Shown here one piece after another: positions 53,261 to 64,000 of a stretch of DNA of 64,000 nucleotides. Origin of the DNA: Ophelia neglecta (Eukaryota); contig OZ260662.1 in the NCBI GenBank assembly GCA_965285935.1, positions 18,662,001 through 18,726,000 of the forward strand, in the 5' to 3' direction. Below the pieces are notes generated by a model, which was not told the origin of the DNA, did not search any database, and was given only the letters and a program-made list of their open reading frames with translations. Position 1 is the stretch's first letter. Each line of letters starts with the position of its first letter. Position numbers and translations under genes: made by a program.

Positions 53261-55228
53261 ATACCTTTTATTGGAGGAATCAAAATATTACTTGTACATG
53301 CACAGATGTATTTCAATGCTGAATCAGACATCCAATTTGATTCGTAGATAAACAAACGAATGTATTGTAAATAAGTAGGCGATAGAGTTCCCGGCCTTTA
53401 TGTTTGTATTGGTAGTAACATTGCTGAAAAGAACATTCCTTCTGTTGGATCAAATCTAGTGTTTTACCATTATTATACTCAAAGAAAAAGCTGCTTTTTC
53501 ACCTGATATTGAAAGGTATTTGGTAAGGTTATTTGAAAGTATGACAAAATCGGAATAACTGATTTTTGACTTGCTGAAAAAAGGCTATGGCACGGCTCAC
53601 CATAAATAATCTCCGGATCACTTCTTGTTTTGTCTAACATGACTCTTCAAAGTAGCCCAGGAATCGCTAGCGTAAATACCCGTTGTTTCGTCACCAAATG
53701 GGACAAGGTTAATATATAAGTTGGATAAACAAATGCTAGAAGAGAAGGAGCATAGCTATACATGTATTAACCTAACAATTTGGCCTACGGGTACAATATT
53801 GCATTCGATCTATAATCGTCAAAACATCGCAGTCAAGTTTACATTTCTGCCTGTCTCTGGTCGATGTAAACGAAACCGCTTATTTCCTAAATTCTGTGGC
53901 TAAATATGTGTTAAATGCTAATGAATAATGGCATCCAGCTCCGTTGAAGTGAACTTTGCCAGAGTGGTCGTGTCTATTGAAATATTATAAACACTATCCG
54001 CACCTGGTGTGCGAATATGACAAGACCGAAGAACGCTTAAATGCGATTGATTGAGACTACCAACAAGGAAATTAGCTTTATCAAGAATGCAAATAAATAT
54101 TATTAAGCCTAAAGCTATTTGGCTTGGAAATTGGAAGTTTAGTATCCATGATTTAGGTGTAGTGTCATGGACAATATATGCTGAGATCAGCATTCAGACT
54201 TTTGTAGCATTATTTTTATGTGCAATGGTTATTTCACAGTTCCTATAACTATTGCAAAAACTTACTCTGCTTTATGATATTATGTCTGGTTAAGGTCAAA
54301 TGAAGGAAGGTCTTATTGTTTTTCTAAAAGGGCTATGCGAGACTTTATTGTTCAATACTTTGGAATTTTTGCCCTTTACGTTCATTCCAGTTGAATTATA
54401 CGTGCCATTTGTCAGCTATTTGCTGCCTTCATGCTTGCACTTCTTCGGGGAAGATAAAAGCCATGGCATGTCGATTGCGAATTACCTACAGTAAAAGAGC
54501 GAAGGTACTTCAATGAGTGTTTTTGCCTTTGGTTGCATATTATCATATGTCGTGTGGTATGATGTGGAATACAGGATATTTGGTCTTTGAAGTTAAATTC
54601 ATGTTGCTTGCGGATATTAATTTGTGCCATTGACGAAAGTAATTACAACACACAGATTTTAATGAACTGCATTCAAAGCGTGCGCTTCATATTATTGTTG
54701 TTTCCATAAATAAAATCCTTAGAAAAACAAATTCGAAATAGAAAGGCAAAAGAGTAGAAAAGAAATCTTAGATGATACCGCGTATGAATCAGGAAGTTCA
54801 AAAGAACTTGATTGCAGCGCCTGTCCCGTAAATTGGACAGTTCTTTTGAGACATTGACGTGACAGTGGTAATTTCGGAACAACTTCCCAACCCTATGCCC
54901 TTAGAATCAGACGATAGACGAATCGCATATTATATGTGTATGACGGTTAGCTGCTGAGTCGGGAGTATTTAAGCTAATTCCAAGTTTGTATGTTCTAGTA
55001 AGTAGCCCCTATTAATAATAGGGATAAAGATGTCAGCAATTATTCCTGAAAGAAAAAGTGTTTCAAAGCATCAATGATTCATTAAATGAATCTCTCGTGG
55101 AATACGGATTGGATGTAATTGCTTTTTAGAAATGCTCCAGTCACATTTAACAAACTAAGTATTGACTGGTTCTAACTTAAGAACAAGATTTCATTGTATT
55201 ATTTAGTTTACCAAAATGATGCTTGAAT

Positions 55229-55275
55229 ATCTAAGTATATCTAAGTATTGTCTAAGTATATCTAAGTATTGTCTG
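55229..55275 (+). repeat. Short tandem repeat (TCTAAGTAT[A/TG]), about four to five copies
   Basis: atctaagtatatctaagtattgtctaagtatatctaagtattgtctg. Confidence 0.9.
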
Positions 55276-58200
55276 AACTATTTGTTATTGAACGGAAATA
55301 AATCATCTGTTAACCTAAATTTACCAGAACCTTTTCTTTCTGTGTCCTATGTGTTCCCTTTTTTATTAATGCGAAAATAAATTCTGCAATCTGCAATCTG
55401 AAGTGTAGTGTACAGCGTGATAATGTCCCAGAGAGAAGCAGGTACTTGGCAGGACCAAGGTCTGTAAGATGTGGCAACAAGTCGGTATAGTTTTTTCCTC
55501 ATAATCCACATAGGTTTGGCATATGCAGTTCGAGGAAATACCGTATAATAATTTCCCAATATTCTTCGCCAATATGGAGGCTTCGCGTAAGCACATATTG
55601 GAAATACTTTAAACCTACGCTAGTTGTTTATATGGATTCGCTTGGATTTCTTTAACAGGCAAGAGGTTTGTATTCAAGGCAAGTGTAACAAGATTTCATG
55701 AAATGAGATAGTAATTTTTGCAAATAGGTACAAGAATATTTGTTTCCTTTGCCAACTGTAACAAGGACGGCGTGGTTTATTAAGAGTCTAGTCGTCTTGT
55801 CTTATTGCTCACAGCGCATTGCATCAGGCGAGTTTTACTCTTGTTACGTGACTATGTACACGTTTATCCAATTATCTGTTCATTGATTCAAGCCAATCAA
55901 AACCTGAAGACTCGTCGGATTGTTCAGCAAGTGCAACGCTCAATCATTACTAGAAATGAGCAATAGTCAGCTCACAGACTCACATTCAAAGAAGAAAGCT
56001 ATATAAACAAAATGTAGTTCTTTATTTCCCAGGAAGCTATGAAGCTATGACCTTTTGGCCTGTGCTCTCGGGTTATGAGAAAAGGACACGTTGCCATTCG
56101 CCCGTCTCCACTTAAACGGTTAAAGTAGGCCAATTACAAATTATACCATCATACATCTATAATGGCATCAACACCTAACTATGGTAGACTGACTAGTTCT
56201 TTGTTAAAGTAAATAGTAGATGGCAAGCTGTGTGGATGGTGACGAGTTCACCTCCCCCATCGTCTGTACTTGTGTATACAAAGCTCAATTGCCTTAATAC
56301 ATGCGACAATGTGACAACGTAGAATGTCAAGCCTCCCTCTCGAGACAGCACGCTGTTGTTGAATATAGATAGTGTCTGAAATATAATTTAGTCTCTACAT
56401 CCATACAGTGGTCGTCATGACCCTACTTTTACTCTTAACAAAAAACAGTTCGCAACAAATGGGGCGACCAATTACGACCTGCTTCCTTTGAAATGGTGAG
56501 AAGAGTAGTGATTGTCATTCATATCAAGCAAGAAAACTCCACATTTCGCTAATCATACTTCGGGTATGGTCAGATATAATATGCATACAGCTAGTAAATA
56601 ACTGTCCCCACCATTGATTATTGCCTTTGACCAAAAAGACAGGCACAGTATATATAGTAAAAGTCCCACATTGAATTTTTTTTCGGAGGGAAAGTTTCAA
56701 TAGTACTATCACAATGGTTCCATATATCATATCATCTAGTATAGGGAATAGGTTATTAATGAGAAAAAAAAGAAGTGGGTACCCGGCAGACATAATAAAA
56801 CTCGTATTAAATCTTCAAAATCACCAGGAACCAGCAGACGCACCGCCAATAACAATTATCTTCATGTCCAAAATAGAAAATTAAATTGCACCGGAATGGA
56901 TCATAATATTTGATATTGATGTCACTTGCAGTGAGAAGCAGTCAACAGCTTTTCATAAGCCAGGTTACACTACAAAAGAGCGTGCAGCCACAGCTGGATG
57001 ATTATGAAATATGCAAGCACTAAAATTCATGGCGAAATAGGCAGGCACGTAAATTTGAGGCAATCCATAATTATCTTTTCCCTAGATATACATCACCAAA
57101 AAAGTACAAAAGGTTCTTGGGATTGTCAGACAGATATAGGAGTAAGATATCTTCAATTATGCACAAAATGGTAACATTAACAGTCAACCATGCGCGAAGT
57201 AGGTATAGACTACGCACCGAGTGTAAGAAATCTCCAGTTTAGGTGCTTGGTTTTGGCTAAGTCACTTTTTCATTCATGTGAGAACGTTTGACGGAGAAAT
57301 TGTAACATGTGTGATCACGCACCGCAAAGAGTCAAGCTTCTGTAAAAGCACAAATTCGCAAACTCTGTGCCTGCTGTGATGTTGGCTTGCATTTATTCTA
57401 AGTAACATGCTTGTTTTGTCGTATGTTATATAAGCTTATTCTCTGTTTATTGTTTGGCAAGAGCAGAAGATATCGTTGAGTCCGGCATTCTTGTTAAATG
57501 TGCTGCCTCACGTCTTTCGTTTAGTCAAGCATCCTGTGGAAAGAGTGTTTTATTGGTACATAGTTGGCGACTAACGTGGCAGGAGATTGCTAGGAAGGTA
57601 TGGGAACAATGGAAACATCCGGAATTAAAAATATAATTTCCCAAAAGACACGCGAATACTCTTGTGCCTTTCTCTCAGACTGTATTCATTATTTTTCATG
57701 GTTGTAAAAAGTAGTAACATTGGGTTAAAAAATCCATACAGGTTAATTTAAGACTCCATTGTGCTCAGATCATCTCAGTCTCCTTTGTCACCATTTTTGC
57801 TGAAAAGTATGTATTCACCTGGTTCAACGGAGACAGACAACAGCAGCGGCGCGGAGATAAACTTTTAAATTAGAACAGAGCACTAGCCCTAGAAAACCTT
57901 TCCCACCCCTTTCCATAACCCTATAATCAACCATCAGCACTCACCCTAGCTTTGTAGACGATGTTTTCATTCGTGCCACTCAGAAATATCAATGACCTCC
58001 GCCTCTGCATAGCCTCAGGAACTCTTTTTGATACCAAATTGTAAGTCATTCTGGAAAGGCAATTCGTGTGCTCTGGCCAATTGTGCTTCCCATATTTGGA
58101 AATTTCTTCACTAGTGAGTTCATTGTTATCACCCTAGCACCTGTCTATTTTGGATATGACATGGTAGGTTACGGACTTAAAAATTCATATCGTCCGATAA

Positions 58201-59710
58201 ATTTACTTTCAAATGTGGTGCTTATTGCCTTCAGACCGTATTCACTGGTGACTATGAAATCGTAAGTTTTACTGTTCAAAACAAAAGATCCATTTTTTTC
58301 CGCAAAGATCCATTATGAATATTAAATTAAACATTAAACTCAAGTAACACTTCATATTGTGGTATCAGTTCCTAATTTTCAATGGCATTACACACTAAAT
58401 CGCATACTGAAATAAACTATGATATTGATAATCCAACCAATATATTATATATGACATATATGATAGGATAATAACAATGCTTTCACAGAAAAACACTGAC
58501 CATGGTAGAACATATTTAGCTGGCCCAAATTTCTGTAATTATGTTATATCTATATAAAAAATGTCCAATGTGAAAAAGAAAGATTTGTCCAAGATGATGC
58601 TGATCCTGTATTAATTCATTTGAACATAGATGGTCAATCACGACACTGTTTTAGGGTCGTCCCATAATATAACCATTCTCAGCAGCAGTAGTTTGGCGAT
58701 TCACTCCATGGTTTGTTTATTAGGACAAATTAAAAACATCATCACCCTGCTTCACATAGAATGACTCAAAACTGCTTGTCTAAAAGATCACAGCCACAAT
58801 GAATTAGCTTGAGCGTTCGTTCGTTTAATGCAAATAGATAGCATTTATACCAAGCATTGCCGTAGTTATTATAACGGATTTCGTTAGCATGTCTTGAGAC
58901 TATAACAGGAACTTGAAAGGATTTGAGCGGTGTTAAACAGAATAAGTCGACCGAGGAGACATGCAGGGAATGTCAAATCTATTTACGGACATGTTAGTCC
59001 GTTGTTACCAGGAAATAAAAACTGTTTACTACATCCTTGCTCGAACATGAGGGATTTTTTCACGGCATTGGTATGAGAACGCATGATTGTGGTTGTTATG
59101 GTTTCCTAGTTTACCTATCGCATATTGTGCGGGAATAACTGCATCGATATTGCAATGTAGACTAAGACAATTCACCTTTAACACCCAATGTTGTCTTTTA
59201 GGCTAGGGTGTGCTATGACTCAGTATCTGCTTTCATAGAAGCTCTTATCGAAAATATACTAGTTTATCAATGTTAATTGACAATACGTGACATGGACATG
59301 AGTTAGGCAAGGAATGTTTCTTTTCGGAAACCACTTTTGTTAACGGAAGCCCTACGAAAACGAGTGTAATCATCCCTATGTCCGGAGGCACTTTCCTTGA
59401 TTACAGGCTGGCAATGTCTAATGAGCTCAGAACACGTTATCTTTCCTCAAGCATGTACAACCAGCGTGTCTTATTTTCTGACAACACAGGGTCAGCTCGT
59501 ATCTAAACGGCTTCCTCTATGATTGGTAACCCAATAATTTAAATCTTGTGTGAGACGCTCTACAGGTATTTACCAGTATTTCTTCAATGTTTTAGTTGAT
59601 TGATTTCGAAGATTGAGTAATAACAGGCGAACAAATATTCGGCGTTAGAAAGTTTCGTATCTATATATCGATTAATTTGTGTGCTCGTTCATATGTGTGA
59701 CGTGTTTACT

Positions 59711-59811
59711 TGTGTGTGTGTGAGTGTGTGTGTGTGTGTAGGTGGGTGGGTGGTCAGGTGGGTGTGTGCGGTGGGGTTGAGGCTGGGATGGGGCCGGGAG
59801 GGGGCAGGGGC
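59711..59811 (+). repeat. (GT)n microsatellite grading into a G-run-rich tract
   Basis: tgtgtg... followed by ggtgggtgggtgg...ggggttgaggctgggatggggccgggagggggcaggggc. Confidence 0.85.
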
Positions 59812-60768
59812 GTCATAGTGAAAATATAATTCTCTTTTTAATTCGTTCCGTTATCGATTAGAGTTTTTGTTGTGCTACGCCTTGCGCATCTAGCAAGGAT
59901 ATTAAACAGTGTTTTGACGAATATATGTAACGCAAGTGATTTTTAAACATATTGACACACGTGTCACCCCAATAAACGTTGATCCAAAATGTCAGGGTAA
60001 ACGAAGCTTTGTTTTGTATCTCCATCAATTTAATGTTGACGCTCCCAAGATTCACTTATGAGAACATAAATGAATTGAAATTTGTGACAAAAAGAGATAA
60101 TTTGGGCATCGTCCATTTGATGGTTTTTATTTACGTACAATTGCATGTGAACTATAGCAATCTCATTGGGTTTGAATTGCAGGACATGTTATAGAAATAA
60201 AAAAGTATTATTGCCTAAGGTCGCATAACCCAATACTTAGTCGTAACATTAGTGGATGATTTTTTTTTATTTGCCTATAAGCTAGAATTTCTAATTTACA
60301 GATCATTGTTGGTAGTAAGGTTGACCGTATCAAAGGTATCAATAACTGCCAGACGACAGGCTTCGATGAAAGGGAAGCCTGTGGCAATGTCACATGCGAT
60401 AATGCCGGCCCCACTCCTCCTATGTGCTAGATACTTCATCAACGGCATAACTGGGAATCTATTCTAACGTGCCGAACTCATTACGTGACAGACTGTAATA
60501 TCTGCCCAGTCTTAAAGCGGCCTATAAAATGCAACTAGTCTCACCTAGCGTTGGGCGCCATTATGGTGGGACGAATTGTCTCGCGGCCGTGGAACATGAA
60601 TCTCTCCATGAAGTTTTCAAATTACCTTTAGTATAAGAAATAGAAGGTGCAAATATTGCAGCCAGGGCCTACATCTACAACAATTGAGGGCCAGTAGAAG
60701 ACCTAACAATCATTGCTTGTTCGACTTGGAAATGCGATGTGCTTATAAATTTCATAAAAAGGTGACTA

Positions 60769-60868
60769 GGGAGTCGATTTACTCAATGGTAGAGGACAAT
60801 GCAATACGCTTCTGCGCTTAAAGCTTTTTCCCTTGATCCACACGTGTTCGATCCCCACACAGTGGGTT
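60769..60868 (+). other. tRNA-like / SINE-head-like Pol III promoter remnant
   Basis: A-box-like tactcaatggtaga (60780-60793) and B-box gttcgatcc (60846-60854). No proper cloverleaf. Confidence 0.35.
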
Positions 60869-61741
60869 TATTTGAGAATGAAATGAAATGGAAATTTGCT
60901 AGGTTCAACTCTTGATTATGGGAAGCTTATAGGGAGTGACTTGAGGTACCTCTCCTGTCAACATTGATTTTTCAATTTTTTCAACGGGGCGACCATCAGA
61001 CATTGCAGGCATTTCAAGGGAGACAAACCAAAGATTTCAATATGTTGATCCAATAATGTCATTATAAGTCGCGGAATCACTCCCCCTACCTGCCAACCAG
61101 AAACTATACTCAGTGGATGACTTGTCAGGCTCTATCCATCGCACAGAACATTTGTTACCAGGGTTGGAAAAACCTGCCGGACATGACTGCTGATTTTGCT
61201 TTCTTATGGAATAAATGTTTTCTATATTATTGAAAGGAGCCATCTAATTGATCTAGCCTGGGTCTATGTAACTTCTGACCTTAGTCTATTGTAAGAACGT
61301 TTAAATGCATATTTTGTCATGGCCTACAACCTTTGGCTTTACAGGCCCTGTAGGGGCCTGTAACGTTTGTATAGGGCTGACTTCTAATTCAGTTGCTCAT
61401 ATTTGTCCAACCCCGCCTTTGACTCGGCCCAGAATTGACGGGTTTTCTATTACTAGTTGAACCAAATAATGTCTCCTCAGGTAGAACCGTAGCTTGTTTT
61501 TGTGAGGATGTCATTAGTCTGTCGTGCCCTTATAGAGCTAAATATTTCTGCCGTGCGGGCGATACTGTAGCTATTGAATCTGCCTGCAATCATTGTTAGC
61601 AAAATGGGAAGATGGAAAACTAGAGTATGATGCATCTACAGTTACATAATATAAGAAGAACAACCTGGAAGGAGTTCTTTAACCTGAATGTTTAATGCTA
61701 GCATAAAAACTAGATTGAGATATCTTTAATAATAAACGACT

Positions 61742-61778
61742 CCCCCCCCCCCCCCCACACACACACACACACACACCC
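61742..61778 (+). repeat. poly-C followed by (CA)n microsatellite
   Basis: A 15-nt C run followed by acacacac... Confidence 0.9.
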
Positions 61779-62066
61779 ATCCCCTTCCAATCACAAACGA
61801 GTTTTAAAAAAAACACGTGACACTGGGAACAATCAATCTGATATAGAACTTCAATTTTGCTTCCGTTCGCGACACCCGTCTTCTCATTGTCTAAAAAAAT
61901 GCAGACGGGCCATTTGTGAGTCGATTGTTATATATGTAGTTGAATGTTCAAATTAGTCCAGGACATTAGGGAAATCATACCACATATGCAACATGGTGAC
62001 ACATTTGGAAGACACGCTTCCTTCTTTCCCTGTCACTGCCATCCTAATATTACCACATAGTCAACT

Positions 62067-62362
62067 AAATTTCTTGGCGATTTAATAGACTCCACTGATC
62101 TGGAAGAAAATTATACATTACATAAGGGGTAACATTGCGAGAAAGTTTTTTGATAATTAAACTATGGTGTCTATATAGTTTTCTTTTATCCATCCCCATA
62201 TTCACTTTCGTATCGAGCTATGGGGTAATACCTGTAAAACCTATCTAAACCGAATTGTAAAATTACAAAAAGAAGCCTTAAGATTGATCACTAGTTCAAA
62301 GAGAAATACTCCTTCAATACCTTTTATTAGTCAACTACACATATTGCCATTCCATGATCTGT
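62067..62362 (+). pseudogene. CR1/L2-group LINE ORF2 fragment (end of RT and thumb region)
   Basis: KFLGDLIDS..W followed by FSFIHPHIHFRIELWGNTCKTYLNRIVKLQKEALRLITSSKRNTPSIPFISQLHILPFHDL matches the Y...i.P.l.Y...WG......l..LQKrAlR.I motif. Contains stops and a frameshift. Confidence 0.85.
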
Positions 62363-64000
62363 AATGCAATGTCTTGTGTTATCTTAATGTGGTGACAAAT
62401 AAACATTTATATATCTGAAACGTCATCGAACGGCTTTCGGACTAAGCAATGTATTAACATTAATGCCAACATGGAAGTTTACATATTTCACTTTTTAAAA
62501 ACATGCAACATGCACTTACAAGCATTTACATTTGAAAGAACAGATATAGGGTGTATGACTTCGCTTAACGGGGGACACAGGCGATAAAACTGAGTAAAAA
62601 CGGATTGGATACTCCGGAGACAAATTAAAATAGTGCAGATGAAAGTGGAAATAATAAGTTGTTCAATATCTTTTATTGATTTTCATGAAGTTCCTTACTC
62701 AGCAACAAAAAATATAATCACTTTCGTCTTTGTTGTAGAACTTGACATACAACTTGTATAAAATAGTAGGTGATCAGAATAATGATACTCATCAGTGACA
62801 GGAATCTAATGAGAAACAGCAATAAGGTCCACCCCAAAGGCAATCTGTAAGTGCGTTCATTATTTGGCGAAGCCAATGCGTGCATCCTTCCTACACATTT
62901 GGTCATACAATCCAATGAAGCAGCGTGGCAGCCTGTCTTAATCCCCTTATATTCTTGCAAACACAAAGCAGAGAAATGGAGCAACTAAGGTTCAACTCAA
63001 GTGTGCAATTGATGTCTAATTTATGTTTTCATTAATTAACTGCCATTTGTATCTGAGCGCACTTATTTATTGACACAAAGGTATATTACACGCATGCCGC
63101 CTATTTAGTATCTTAATATATTCAACAGCAAGCATTTGCAGCACTTAATTTTAGCAATCCATCATCATTATTTACTAATGGTTAGGTAACAGAATAAAAA
63201 CAGACACTAAACTTTCTATTCGATTCGGTTATACTAGAGATGACCACGTTCATACTCGTTGAGCAGCTTACATTTTGAATGCTTAGTCTTTCATTTGGTT
63301 TCACTTCCTGTTTTGCTAACGCTCACTTACGCCTTCAACTGTTGTTAGCATAAATAAGACTTGCCAGCTTTTGTTTATTTTGGATCGATGGAATGGTCTT
63401 TATAATGGAATATCTTGTATATTTTGTAACATTCTTCGTGTATCTACTCCCATTGTTATATAAATTCTCGCACTGATTACTTGAAGCTATGATTGCTGCT
63501 TATCGAATTGTTATTTTGTTATAAATCAACTGACACTGTGGGATATGAGGATTGTTGTGTTGATGTGTGTTGGCGTTTGGTTTGGAGGTGATTTCTAACT
63601 GATTAAATGTCTATTTGATGAAGATGTTATGTCTCCCTTGTATCCATATTGCAACCAGCAATCGGTGTAGAATAACAAAGCCGCCAGTCACTATTAAAAA
63701 AAAACTTATCTATTCAGTAACTTTCTAACCTCGGTCCATATTTTACAGTCAATCTTAGAACGTCAATGTAAGAATTAAATGTGTTTTGTATTTCCTTTCG
63801 GCATCTCCTCTTTTACTTCCTGAACCATTATTCCATTTAACAGAAAATCTCAAGGCTACAATATTTCACTGTGATGACCATGATATATCTCTTTAATTTT
63901 CCAACATTATGTATAATTTATTGTGATGCGTTGCAAATTTCTTTCCGTGTGACCACATTGTTCATTTAATCATTTTTGCACAATAATTGCACATTAATGT

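Noticed and set aside
60769-60868. Functional tRNA gene
   Set aside because: A/B-box-like motifs are present, but no acceptor or anticodon stems can be formed.
60663-61350. cagggcct...aggccctg as hAT-like TIRs
   Set aside because: Only 8 bp long, and the flanks (attgcagc vs taggggcc) show no TSD.

Overview
AT-rich eukaryotic (metazoan, probably marine invertebrate) non-coding DNA, intergenic or intronic. I found no convincing host protein-coding gene, and almost all ORFs in the track are chance ORFs. The recognisable content is transposable-element material. (1) An internally deleted Ty3/gypsy LTR retrotransposon on the minus strand (37971-40886) with LTRs, PPT and a 5-bp ATGAT TSD. (2) A ~1.26-kb fold-back element (35712-36971) whose ~490-bp near-identical inverted arms contain the start of a THAP-domain gene. 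This is the most unusual structure in the window. (3) A 1.96-kb non-autonomous hAT element with a perfect 8-bp TSD, GAATAC subterminal arrays and probable nested insertions (44893-46850). (4) A Helentron-type HINE carrying two different tandem-repeat arrays (23707-24837). (5) Three copies of a ~180-bp pogo/Tigger-like MITE. (6) Several degraded CR1/L2-group LINE fragments, a Meta-domain-like SINE fragment, a ~500-bp diverged direct duplication, and micro/minisatellites. Family assignments come from motif recognition by eye, not from database searches.
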